A DNA stretch of 64,000 nucleotides from Candidatus Poribacteria bacterium (GTDB taxonomy: Bacteria > Poribacteria > WGA-4E > WGA-3G): NCBI GenBank assembly GCA_965214095.1, contig OZ243938.1, positions 1,152,001 through 1,216,000 on the forward strand, written 5' to 3'. Below, in pieces: positions 50,267 through 60,129 of the stretch (position 1 is its first letter; the number at the start of each line of letters is the position of its first letter). The translations under genes were made by a program, and so were the position numbers. The notes under the pieces were generated by a model, which searched no databases, was not told the origin of the DNA, and saw nothing but the letters and a program-made list of their open reading frames with translations.

Positions 50267-51235
50267 TCAATCTTGGGTTTCTTCTTCATCTGTATCTTCA
50301 GTTGCAGTATCGTCAGATTCAGGTTGTTCGTTCTCTTCAGGTTCAGTCTCTTCAGTATCACTATCATCTATAGATTCAACTTCTTCCTTCACACTATCAT
50401 TTTCTTTTTCTGCTGTCTTTACTTTGCTTTCTGTTTTGTCAGAATCGGTTTCAGACTTTTTCTCTGTTTCTGGAGAGCCCACCTTATTCTCACTCACATC
50501 AGGTTCTGTTGAGGGATCTGTTCCATCAGAATCAGAATCAATATCTTCTGATTCCTCAGATGCAGTTGGTGCTGCTTGTGTAACGGTTACCTTGAATTTA
50601 ACGTCACCAACCCCAGTCTGTTTCCCTGTCACTCTGTTGAAAGTAAAGAGTTTTGTTTCAAGTCTATCATTCTTTTGTAAAACAATTACATTATCTTTTA
50701 AAGTAATGATACTTGTAAGATTGTCCATTGTTGCGTGGTCACAGGTTGCAAAGATCTTATCATCTCTGATTTCCACGTTCCCAACAGCAACGATTTCAAC
50801 TGTTTCTCCTGTTTCAGGATCGCTTTTTAATGTGATTGTATCTGCGTTTAGAAAACCAATCTCAACTCCATCCTCAGTATGTCTTTTTGTTTTGGCATTA
50901 CCAATAAGGATTGTAATTCCGACTTTCTCATCTCTTTCCATTCTATCAGAGGTTCCTGTAATTACCTCTTTCGTGATCTCAACTTCTTGCTTCTCTGTCT
51001 CATCTTCTTGTTTATCCAATGTAATAGATGAATTGTCTTCAGTGTTCTCAGGCGACGTATCAGGGGTTTGTTCAGTTTCCTGCACATTTTCAGCTTCTGG
51101 TGCTTCTGCTGCAGTAACATGCAATGATGTCAAACAAAGTAGTATCCCCAAGAATACTAACAATTCTCTCACGAAAATCGGAAGTTTCTGAGATGTATCT
51201 GTTTCTAATTTAGTGTTGTTTCTCTTATTCTTCAT
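50267..51235 (-). CDS. lptA: LptA/OstA family protein with acidic extensions
   Basis: Signal peptide, OstA-like AVGNVEI..L.DNVIV; position between lptC and lptB. Confidence 0.75.
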   Translation of the reverse strand: MKNKRNNTKLETDTSQKLPIFVRELLVFLGILLCLTSLHVTAAEAPEAENVQETEQTPDTSPENTEDNSSITLDKQEDETEKQEVEITKEVITGTSDRMERDEKVGITILIGNAKTKRHTEDGVEIGFLNADTITLKSDPETGETVEIVAVGNVEIRDDKIFATCDHATMDNLTSIITLKDNVIVLQKNDRLETKLFTFNRVTGKQTGVGDVKFKVTVTQAAPTASEESEDIDSDSDGTDPSTEPDVSENKVGSPETEKKSETDSDKTESKVKTAEKENDSVKEEVESIDDSDTEETEPEENEQPESDDTATEDTDEEETQD

Positions 51236-51779
51236 TTATTTCCTCGTCTTTAGGATAAAGTCTAAACCTGTTATTTTTCATCGTTACGGTTTCAAGGTTT
51301 GGATTAGCAACCATTTCTGTGCCATACCAAGTGGAGTCTCCACGTAGAATCTTTACTTCGTTTGGGGCATAAAGCGTGCCTTCTTTGTTTTGCCATTCAA
51401 GGAGTTCTGTATTTAATGTGCCGTTTTCGTTCACACCGATGACATTACCTTGAAGATATACGTTATTTCTCTTTCTACCTGTGCTGTAAAGTTCACCTGT
51501 CAGACTCGTCAATGTAATGGATACCTTACCTTCTTCATATATCTGCACTTTGGGATTTTGGACAATGATTTTATTTCCACGTGCTTTGTTTTCTTGCATC
51601 TCAGAGGAGTCGCCAACAAGTGTCCACTTCAAAACACCCTCTTCCGTGTGTTGTGTCGTAAATGTTTCAAGTTGTTGAAGCGGTGCCGGTTCTGCTGGTG
51701 GATTTTCCTCCTCACGCTCACAACCTATCACAACTAAAAGAGAGATACAGAAGAATACAATTAAAGATATATTCCTCAA
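51225..51779 (-). CDS. lptC: LPS export protein LptC (start uncertain, probably TTG 51779)
   Basis: Hydrophobic N-terminus ending VIGC; KWTL, L.GNV, LNTELLEW motifs; synteny. Confidence 0.75.
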   Translation of the reverse strand: MRNISLIVFFCISLLVVIGCEREEENPPAEPAPLQQLETFTTQHTEEGVLKWTLVGDSSEMQENKARGNKIIVQNPKVQIYEEGKVSITLTSLTGELYSTGRKRNNVYLQGNVIGVNENGTLNTELLEWQNKEGTLYAPNEVKILRGDSTWYGTEMVANPNLETVTMKNNRFRLYPKDEEINEE

Positions 51780-51807
51780 TAACTGATGTTCAAGAAGTGT
51801 GTTGACA

Positions 51808-52683
51808 TTATTCAGGACGGGTTTTCCATCGCTGATGCATCCAAATCCACTGTTCAGGATTTTTCCGAATATAGGATTCAATGACTTTTGTATACTTCTG
51901 TGTATTAATAACAAGTTCTTTCTCTTTGTCATCACACCGTTCTAATGTTAACGGTGGTTCAATTATCGCCCGATGAGTCCCATCAGGTTGTCTTATAATA
52001 AAAGACGGCAATATAGCTGCACCAGTTTTGAGAGCAAAAGCAATCGGACTGTAAGGTGTATAAGCAGGTTTCCCAAAAAAGTCAACAAACACACCATTCA
52101 CCGATGTATCCACATCAGCAACTATTCCTAAGAGATTGTTGCTTCTCAGGCATCGCAATGCTTGTCTAACACCAGTATTTCGATCAATGGTAGAATAGCC
52201 TGCCTTCTCTCTATATTTGGATACCAAGGCATTTAAGCGAGGTGAACGCAACTCTCGAACAATTGGAGTCAAAGGTGAAACATTTGTACTGATACTTGCT
52301 GCCAACAGTTCCCAGTTACCAAAATGACCTGTTAAGATTATCGCGCCCTTTCCTAACGCTAACGCATCTTCCACATGCTGAACACCTTCAAAACTAACAT
52401 ATTGTTGAATCTGTTTCGGATTCATGCGGGGAAACAGCATGAACTCCACCACATTTTTCCCTAAATTTGAAAAACATTGCTTTACAATAGTTTTGATAGC
52501 ATCTTCGTTTGAAATATCCAATGCTTGCTGTATGTGTTCACACGCCAACCTTCGCTGTTGAGTTGCTAACCGATACGCGAGCGTCCCCAACCATCCTCCG
52601 ATAACCAACGCAATTGATCTCGGAAGCAGATAGATACTGTATCCGATTAGTTTGGCAGTAAAACCATAACACCAATCTTTCAT
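51808..52683 (-). CDS. Lipid A biosynthesis lauroyl/acyltransferase (LpxL family)
   Basis: TGHFGNWE, VFVDFFG, PEQWIWMHQRWK. Confidence 0.9.
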   Translation of the reverse strand: MKDWCYGFTAKLIGYSIYLLPRSIALVIGGWLGTLAYRLATQQRRLACEHIQQALDISNEDAIKTIVKQCFSNLGKNVVEFMLFPRMNPKQIQQYVSFEGVQHVEDALALGKGAIILTGHFGNWELLAASISTNVSPLTPIVRELRSPRLNALVSKYREKAGYSTIDRNTGVRQALRCLRSNNLLGIVADVDTSVNGVFVDFFGKPAYTPYSPIAFALKTGAAILPSFIIRQPDGTHRAIIEPPLTLERCDDKEKELVINTQKYTKVIESYIRKNPEQWIWMHQRWKTRPE

Positions 52684-52846
52684 TAGAAAAATAGTATACC
52701 AAAATTTATGCAAAATTACAAAAGAATTTGCATTGTCCAATAATTCGGATCCATTTTATTTCGCTACATTACTTTGTGGTATGCTTTCATTTATTTCTTT
52801 GTATTATTTGATTTTAAGTGTAGTTATCAGATATACTCTAAATAGA

Positions 52847-54169
52847 ATGGATACCATTATGCAAAAACCTGACCACATCAACAAACAAATATTCCAACTC
52901 GCCATCCCAAATATCATAAGCAACTTCTCCATTCCACTTCTCGGTGCAGTAGATACAGCTTTAATGGGACGTATGGAGACTGATCATTATCTTGGTGCAG
53001 TAGGCATCGGTGGTGTTATTTTTAGTTTCATTTACTGGGGTTTCGGTTTCATCAGAATGGCATCCACAGGTTTGACAGCACAAGCATACGGAGAAAATGA
53101 TAACGAAGAATGTGGTCTTCTCCTGCAACGGTGCTTTTCAATCGGTGTCATCTGCAGCATCCTGTTATTGATGTTTCAGTGGGTGCTGGCAGATGTTAGT
53201 TTTCTTCTCATCGGAACAAGTCCAGAAGTAGAAAAACTTGCCCGAACCTATTTCCATATCCGTATCTATGCAGCACCTGCAACACTTTGTCTTCATGCAT
53301 TCCACGGCATTTTTCTCGGATTACAAAATGCCAAATATCCGATGATATTGACAATTCTCGTCAATATCATCAATATCGTGTTGAACATTGTTTTTGTGAT
53401 GCAGCTTGGCATGAAGGTGGAAGGTGTAGCATTAGCAACCGTCATCGCGCAATATGGTGGTCTGATATTTGCAATTGCGTTCTTTTTCCATCGCTACCGA
53501 AATCTATTCACCACATGGAATTTCAAAACAATCCTCTCCTACTCAAAACTTAGACGTTTCTTAAGCATAAGTGGAGACATTTTTATCCGCACGCTCTGTC
53601 TTGTTTTCAGTTTCTCCTTCTTCACCGCTATGTCAGCTGGAATAAGCGATACAATCTTAGCAATCAATACTATTCTCCTTCAATATATCAACCTAATGTC
53701 TTATGCCATTGATGGTTTCGCATTTGCTGCAGAGAGTATGATAGGCAAGTATATTGGCGCACGAGATATACAAAACCTAAAGAGAACAACCGGTCAGATT
53801 TTTCTATGGTCTTTTCTGTTCGGTGGGATTGTAATGCTAATCTTTCTTCTATTTGCGAACCAGCTCCTACACTTATTCACAGATAAACTCAATCTAATTG
53901 AAAATGCAAAACCGTATCTCGTATGGATCATCATTGCCCCGGTTGTGAACGTAGCTGCATATATTTGGGATGGTATATACCTTGGTGCAACTGCGACAAA
54001 ACCTTTGCGGAACACTATGATTGTTTCTATGCTACTATTTACCAGTGCAGTATATCTATTGCTACCTTATGGCAACCATGGACTTTGGGGAGCGTTAACG
54101 TTCCTATTAGTGATACGAGGCGTGGCATTGACATTCATAGCACCAAGACATCTATTCAGTCGAAATTGA
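52847..54169 (+). CDS. MATE family efflux transporter (DinF-like)
   Basis: LAIPNIISNFSIPLLGAVDTA, FGFIRMASTG, DGFAFAAE; start 52847 or 52859. Confidence 0.9.
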   Translation: MDTIMQKPDHINKQIFQLAIPNIISNFSIPLLGAVDTALMGRMETDHYLGAVGIGGVIFSFIYWGFGFIRMASTGLTAQAYGENDNEECGLLLQRCFSIGVICSILLLMFQWVLADVSFLLIGTSPEVEKLARTYFHIRIYAAPATLCLHAFHGIFLGLQNAKYPMILTILVNIINIVLNIVFVMQLGMKVEGVALATVIAQYGGLIFAIAFFFHRYRNLFTTWNFKTILSYSKLRRFLSISGDIFIRTLCLVFSFSFFTAMSAGISDTILAINTILLQYINLMSYAIDGFAFAAESMIGKYIGARDIQNLKRTTGQIFLWSFLFGGIVMLIFLLFANQLLHLFTDKLNLIENAKPYLVWIIIAPVVNVAAYIWDGIYLGATATKPLRNTMIVSMLLFTSAVYLLLPYGNHGLWGALTFLLVIRGVALTFIAPRHLFSRN

Positions 54170-54255
54170 TTGATGAAACTATGCTGGTAGACACACTTTA
54201 TAGCAAAAACCATAATTATTTACACACTACGGTAGGTTCGGTTTCCTAACCGAAC

Positions 54256-55743
54256 CATAGGCGTCAATTTAAGGATGCACCAAGACCGATAAGTGTCAAC
54301 TTTTAATCAGAGGAAGTATAAATTATGAAATAAAACTTCTGTAAAAATGAAAACACCTCATATATAATGTAGATATAGATTTATTATGGTCTACAAAGAG
54401 GTGTTTCCTAATGAATACATTATCACAAGTTCCCAAAGAAATGCAACATATTCTTACAACTATAGCCAATGATGCAGCTCTCAATACAGGTTTTGTCAAA
54501 AGAAGTTGTAAACTCAACGGTAGTCGTTTTGCTCAAATACTCATTTGGACTTGGTTAGAAAACCCAGATGCCACCTATACACAACTTGCGCAAACCGCTG
54601 GTGTGCTGGGGATTTCAATCTCACGACAAGCCATTGAACAACGATTTACATCTGAAGCAGCAGAGACCCTGAAAGTTATCCTTGATGCTACTGCGTCCAA
54701 GGTTATTTCTGCCGACCCGCAAACGCTTCCGCTCCTTGAAAAGTTCACTGGTGTCTATTTACAAGATAGTTCTTGGATTACACTCCCTGATGTGCTCCAC
54801 GAAACTTGGGAAGGTGGAAGCAAAAAGAATAAACCGAACACAGCTGCCGTGAAACTCCACCTGCGTTTTGATAGTGCCACAGGCACTTTTGAACACTTTG
54901 AACTGACCAATGGTATCACCGCTGATAGTGCTATTGAAAAGCAGATTGACATGCTACCCGCCGGCAGTTTGCGCCTCGCAGACCTCGGCTATTATTCACT
55001 TGATACCTTCAAAAGACTTTCCGATGCAAACGTCTTTTGGATATCACGCTACAAAGTCCAGTGTTTTCTCTATGATGAAACAGGTGACCCTTTTTGTTTG
55101 CTAAAATGGCTCAAGAAGGGTTCTAATAACTTCAAGGACAAACAAATCTTTATAGGTAAAAACAAGCGTCTCAAAGCACGATTAGTTGTTCAAAGACTTT
55201 CAGAAACAGAAACCCAACAGCGTATTAAGGAGATAAAACATCGTGCAAAGCGGAAGTATACGAAACCTTCACCCAAACGACTTCAGCTCGCAAGATGGAA
55301 TATCTACATTACTAATATAAAAGTAGACCATCTGACTGCTGAACAGATTTGTGCTGTCGCACGCATCCGATGGCAGGTTGAGTTGATGTTCAAGTGCTTC
55401 AAAAGCATTGGAAAAGTTGATACCTCCCGTAGCGACAAGCCATATAGAATCTTATGTGAGTTATATGCAAAACTCATCGTCGCAATTATGCGGCACTGGA
55501 TCATGTTAAGGGTCGGTTGGCGATGTCTAAAACATAGTCTAACAAAAACAGCAGAACTTATTAGCACCTTCGCACGCACACTTGCAATAGGTTTCCGCAA
55601 GTCTATAATGTCTTTTCGGCAAACTTTTGATGAAATAAAACACGCTTTCCAAAATGGGTGCTACATTGAGAGACGTGCTAATAGAGACACAACATTAGAA
55701 CACCTTGAAAATGCAGCAAAAAATCACTAAATTGACGCCTATG
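54256..55743 (+). mobile_element. IS4-family (IS231-like) insertion sequence, 1488 bp
   Basis: Perfect 16-bp TIRs CATAGGCGTCAATTTA; flanking 20-bp direct repeat; transposase stop lies inside the right TIR. Confidence 0.92.
54411..55730 (+). CDS. IS4-family DDE transposase
   Basis: GFVKR..KL, QDSS, DLGYY, RWQVELMFK. Confidence 0.93.
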   Translation: MNTLSQVPKEMQHILTTIANDAALNTGFVKRSCKLNGSRFAQILIWTWLENPDATYTQLAQTAGVLGISISRQAIEQRFTSEAAETLKVILDATASKVISADPQTLPLLEKFTGVYLQDSSWITLPDVLHETWEGGSKKNKPNTAAVKLHLRFDSATGTFEHFELTNGITADSAIEKQIDMLPAGSLRLADLGYYSLDTFKRLSDANVFWISRYKVQCFLYDETGDPFCLLKWLKKGSNNFKDKQIFIGKNKRLKARLVVQRLSETETQQRIKEIKHRAKRKYTKPSPKRLQLARWNIYITNIKVDHLTAEQICAVARIRWQVELMFKCFKSIGKVDTSRSDKPYRILCELYAKLIVAIMRHWIMLRVGWRCLKHSLTKTAELISTFARTLAIGFRKSIMSFRQTFDEIKHAFQNGCYIERRANRDTTLEHLENAAKNH

Positions 55744-55875
55744 GTTCGGTTTCCTAACCGAACCGGTGTTTATTCAGTCACATAGATGTGGTTAGGTAAC
55801 CGAACCTACTGGGAGTGTGTACATATTTTTAGATTTCACTATAAAGCGCGCCTACACTTTTTACATGCATCATAC

Positions 55876-58800
55876 TTAGTTGGTCGGATCACAATCATCA
55901 TCTTCAAGATATGAAATTATTGTGGCAATACCAAGTATATCATCCGAAGTATTGTCATCAATTTCAGGATATGTCACGCCTTGTTCACTGGTACTCCAAG
56001 TTCCAGTATTGTGCACGGCATTACAAATTGTCTTGTAGATCGCCTTGCGTACCTCATCAGCTGTTGTATTCTTCAATGATACCTTTGTATTAGCGTGTGT
56101 GAACCCACTTTCCTCAGTATAAACTCCTTTCCAACTGTCTAAGCTATTAGAGACTGACAGTTCTTCTAAGACTGAACTCCATCCAGTCGAAGTCTGCTCA
56201 GAATCACCATCTTCAAATTTATAATAGTTGTCCACATAAATTGGATCCTCTCCATCGTATCCGTACCCACGTATGGCATAGACTTGGACTTGCAAGTGGT
56301 CAGAATCAAGTTTGATGGCATAATAAACTTCAAAGAACTCTTCCTTCTCTACATAGAATTCAAGCACTTCAATTTCTACCGTAATTGTGTCCGTTCCGCC
56401 ATTGTTATCCGTGACAGATACGGTAACGGTATAAGACGACTGAATGTCATAATCAAGAGTGGAATTGGTAGTCAACTGACCATTACTAGTATTAAAACTG
56501 AAGGAACTTGCATCAGTACCACTGATACTATATGCAAGCGTATCTTCGTCTTCATCTGTTGCTGACACAGCATGTCCAACGTTGGAACCTGACGCAGCAG
56601 ACTCAATAATAGCACGTAATGCCTTCTCACCTTCCGTGAACACTGGAGCATCATTAACATCGGTTATACTGACTGTTAGAAATGTTCCATTTTTACCACC
56701 TCTGCCATCAGAGACACTGACTGTAACAGAGTAGGAGGATTTCTCTTCGTGATTAAAAATTTCATTGGTTGTTATCTGTCCCGTGTTCATATCTATACTG
56801 AAGAACTCTACATCCGTCCCGGCAAGACTGTATTCAAGCGTATCATCATCTTCATCTGTCGCCTCTACTGGATCACCGACCAATGTACCAATTGCTAAAT
56901 TCTCTGCTACCGAACGTGATGAGAAAAATCCATCCGTGAAAATAGGTTTATCGTTCTCATCTGACACACTGATTGAGACCGCTATTTCGTCTGTGCCACC
57001 ATTGTTATCGGTGACAGTTACCGATACAGAATAACTATCCTTGACCTCGTAATTAAATTTCGCTTTTGTTGTTATCTGTCCAGATGAGTCATTAATATTA
57101 AAGGAATCCGCATCTGTCCCCATAAGATCGTATTCAAGCGTATCTTCATCTTCATCTGTTGCCTCTACTGGATCGCCTACCACTGTCCCAGGAGACAAAT
57201 TCTCTGCTACTGAACGATTCGTTCCTGTTCCCTCTGTGAATATGGGCTCATCATTCACATCACTAACATTGATTGTAACTGCTATTTCGTCTGTGCCACC
57301 ATTGTTATCAGTAACAGTAACTTCAACCGAATAAGTGCTTTTGACTTCATGATCTAAAATAGCAGTGGTTGTTATCTGTCCAGATGAGGCATTGATATTA
57401 AAGGAAGCAGCATCGGTACCTTCAAGATCGTATTCAGGTGTATCCCCATCTTCATCTGTTGCTAAGACCGGTGTGCCTACGACTGCTCCAGATGGCAAGT
57501 TCTCTGCTACGGAACGGGATGTGGAAGCTCCCTCTGTGAATATCGGAGCATCATTCTCATCAGTGACATTGATAGTAACCGCTATTTCGTCTGTACCACC
57601 TTTGTTGTCAGAAACAACAATCGATACGGAATAAGAGTCTGTGTCTTCATAGTTTAGAGGAGCACTTGTCTTTAACTGACCAGAACTACTATCAATACCG
57701 AAGGAACTTGCATCTGTACCTACAAGTGCATATTCAAGTGTGTCATCGTTTTCATCTGTTGCAGATACAGGATCGCCAATCGAACTATTAGCAAGAGTAT
57801 TCTCTGCTATAGAACGTGTCGTACTCTCTCCTTCTGTAAATTCAGGTGCTTCATTGTCATCAGTGACATTGATCGTAACAGCTATTTCGTCTGTACCATC
57901 TTTGTCATCAGACACGGAGACCAATACAGAATAACTGTTCTTGGTTTCATAGTCTATTGGATCCTTCGTCCTTATCTGCCCCGAACTGCTATCAATACTG
58001 AAGGAACTCGCATCCGTGCCACCGAGAGTGTATTCAAGCGTTTCTCCATCATCATCTGTTGCGGTTACTGGGAGACCAATGGCAACATTAGACGGAGTAT
58101 GCTCTAATACATACCGTATCGTAGATTTACCCTCTGTGAAAACAGGAAGATTATTACATAACGGGATCAACTCAGGAGATAACTTAATTACGGCATCAAC
58201 GACTTCCCCGCCGGTGGATGTAGTTGGGCTAGTTGGAAAGTACTTTGAAACTACTATATCTGAGGTGGTTAAGCCACACCACCGTTTGAAATCGTCGACC
58301 TTAATTGAAATTGTAGTATCGGAGTCATCAAGCTCTGATGGCACTTCACACCACACAGAAAGACCCCACAGGTTCCATTTGTCACCTCTGAAAACTGAAA
58401 AACTGTCCTTTCGTGGATGTACTATATTGCCATCGATATTACATTGAATATCTATGAAAACACCGGGTTGGTTGAGTATCGGTTGGAACGCCATTATTCT
58501 CGGTCCGACCGTCACCTGAAGTTTAACAGTGTTTCCATCAAACACTACGTCATAAATATCCTTATCACCATCTTCAATAATTTTCGGAGGAGTATTTGGA
58601 TCAGTACCATCTTCATTTGGCGTGTTATCACCGTTAGTTGTATCACCGTTAGTTGTATCATCATTTGGCGTGTTATTACCGTCAGTTATTTCACCATTTG
58701 GTGTGTTATTACCGTTAGTTGTATCATCATTCGGCGTGTTATTACCGTCAGTTGTATCACCATTTGGTGTGTTATTACCGTTAGTTGTATCACCATTCGG

Positions 58801-59547
58801 CGTGTTATTTCCGTCAGTTGTATCACCATTTGGTGTGTTATTACCGTTTGGAGTTTCACTTTTTGGTGTGTTATTACCGTCAGTTGTATCACCATTTGGT
58901 GTGTTATTACCGTTTGGAGTTTCACTTTTTGGTGTGTTATTACCGTCAGTTGTATCACCATTTGGTGTGTTATTACCGTTTGGAGTTTCACCATTTAGCG
59001 TATCATCATCCTTGGGTGTAGATACATCATCCGTTTTTGTATCATCTTCAGATTTTATGTCACCTATAGGTGTAGATATAAAAGGCACATCAGTGTCATT
59101 TTCTGGTCGCGGAGCGTCTGAAATAAAGTCAGTCGTTTCATCTACTATATCTTTGATTGGCACATCAATAATGTCGCCAGTTTGTACATATTTCTTGATC
59201 CGTTCAATGATAGAAATAACAATCTCTTCAATATCCACCTCTTTGTTATTATCAATATATCGCGTTTCTATCTGTGTAACTATCTTTTCTACTGGTACTT
59301 CCGTGATGACTTTCTGGGTGACGATACGTTCTATAATCCTTGTGACAACATCCTCAATACGCACCGTTCTTGTTGTTTCATCAACATAGGCACACATAGA
59401 AGGCACGCCTAAGACTTTGTAACAACGAACCGTAACTGTACTAACTTCATCAGAATTGACAACTATAACCCGTTGATTTTCAAACTGTTCACAACCAAAT
59501 ATGATAATTAGACTTAGCAGAATGATACTAATATATCTTTTGAGCAT
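55876..59547 (-). CDS. Cadherin-repeat surface lipoprotein
   Basis: Lipobox IFGC; V/E/I-rich N-module; N/T/D/G/P repeat linker; six N..P.FT(E/D)G..ATD.D.D.L.Y cadherin-like domains. Confidence 0.9.
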   Translation of the reverse strand: MLKRYISIILLSLIIIFGCEQFENQRVIVVNSDEVSTVTVRCYKVLGVPSMCAYVDETTRTVRIEDVVTRIIERIVTQKVITEVPVEKIVTQIETRYIDNNKEVDIEEIVISIIERIKKYVQTGDIIDVPIKDIVDETTDFISDAPRPENDTDVPFISTPIGDIKSEDDTKTDDVSTPKDDDTLNGETPNGNNTPNGDTTDGNNTPKSETPNGNNTPNGDTTDGNNTPKSETPNGNNTPNGDTTDGNNTPNGDTTNGNNTPNGDTTDGNNTPNDDTTNGNNTPNGEITDGNNTPNDDTTNGDTTNGDNTPNEDGTDPNTPPKIIEDGDKDIYDVVFDGNTVKLQVTVGPRIMAFQPILNQPGVFIDIQCNIDGNIVHPRKDSFSVFRGDKWNLWGLSVWCEVPSELDDSDTTISIKVDDFKRWCGLTTSDIVVSKYFPTSPTTSTGGEVVDAVIKLSPELIPLCNNLPVFTEGKSTIRYVLEHTPSNVAIGLPVTATDDDGETLEYTLGGTDASSFSIDSSSGQIRTKDPIDYETKNSYSVLVSVSDDKDGTDEIAVTINVTDDNEAPEFTEGESTTRSIAENTLANSSIGDPVSATDENDDTLEYALVGTDASSFGIDSSSGQLKTSAPLNYEDTDSYSVSIVVSDNKGGTDEIAVTINVTDENDAPIFTEGASTSRSVAENLPSGAVVGTPVLATDEDGDTPEYDLEGTDAASFNINASSGQITTTAILDHEVKSTYSVEVTVTDNNGGTDEIAVTINVSDVNDEPIFTEGTGTNRSVAENLSPGTVVGDPVEATDEDEDTLEYDLMGTDADSFNINDSSGQITTKAKFNYEVKDSYSVSVTVTDNNGGTDEIAVSISVSDENDKPIFTDGFFSSRSVAENLAIGTLVGDPVEATDEDDDTLEYSLAGTDVEFFSIDMNTGQITTNEIFNHEEKSSYSVTVSVSDGRGGKNGTFLTVSITDVNDAPVFTEGEKALRAIIESAASGSNVGHAVSATDEDEDTLAYSISGTDASSFSFNTSNGQLTTNSTLDYDIQSSYTVTVSVTDNNGGTDTITVEIEVLEFYVEKEEFFEVYYAIKLDSDHLQVQVYAIRGYGYDGEDPIYVDNYYKFEDGDSEQTSTGWSSVLEELSVSNSLDSWKGVYTEESGFTHANTKVSLKNTTADEVRKAIYKTICNAVHNTGTWSTSEQGVTYPEIDDNTSDDILGIATIISYLEDDDCDPTN
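58640..58985 (-). repeat. Coding 33-bp tandem repeat (about 10 units)
   Basis: GNNTP(NGDTTD/KSETPN/NDDTTN) units with partial 66-bp higher-order periodicity. Confidence 0.85.
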
Positions 59548-59691
59548 ATTTCTCTCCTTACCTTGATGACCTATATCCTATTCATAATAATAGATAGTGT
59601 TGGCCTACTAATAAGATATGCTGCTGAGTTGACAGATAACACTTGTAGATATCGAAGATATTTTCTTCGGTATATTTACATCTCATATAGT

Positions 59692-60129
59692 TCATTCATC
59701 AATCTCTTCAATAAATTCGTTGGCTACTTGCTCTACTATCTCATTGAGTGGTACATCTATAAGTTCATCTTCTGGAACTAACTCCTTGACTCTTTCTATA
59801 ACTTCGTTCACGATTGTAACAATTTCGACTTCTGTATAAATATATACCGTTTCTATTTCTGTTACGATCGTCTCAATAATCACTTCTCTTATGATTTCCT
59901 CCACAACAATTATTTCAACAATCTCAGTGACTACTGTTTCTACCTGGACGTAAATGGTTCTGTTTTCTTCAAATGAGCAGAATACGGGTACCCCTAACAG
60001 CGTTGAACAGAAAACATGTGTAACCACCAACTCGTCAGATGATACAACTTTTGTAAATTGGTTTTCAATTTTGCCACACCCTAAAAGTGTAGCGATTATG
60101 ATGAGGCCCCACATTAGTCTTACTAACAT
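59692..60129 (-). CDS. Small V/E/I-rich lipoprotein, paralog of the cadherin protein N-terminus
   Basis: GGAGGAG RBS, LLGC lipobox, colinear similarity to aa 1-145 of the downstream gene. Confidence 0.8.
   Translation of the reverse strand: MLVRLMWGLIIIATLLGCGKIENQFTKVVSSDELVVTHVFCSTLLGVPVFCSFEENRTIYVQVETVVTEIVEIIVVEEIIREVIIETIVTEIETVYIYTEVEIVTIVNEVIERVKELVPEDELIDVPLNEIVEQVANEFIEEIDE

Larger units (their letters stand above)
54199..55843. repeat. Family B element interrupted by an IS
   Basis: Left half 54199-54255 and right half 55744-55843 join to give the 18.7 and 41.7 kb sequence. Confidence 0.8.

Noticed and set aside
50256-51191. 311-aa plus-strand Ser-rich ORF
   Set aside because: Antisense shadow of the acidic lptA gene
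58417-59389. Repetitive plus-strand and alternate-frame ORFs; possible CRISPR-like periodicity
   Set aside because: By-products of the coding 33-bp repeat; no unique spacers and no cas genes
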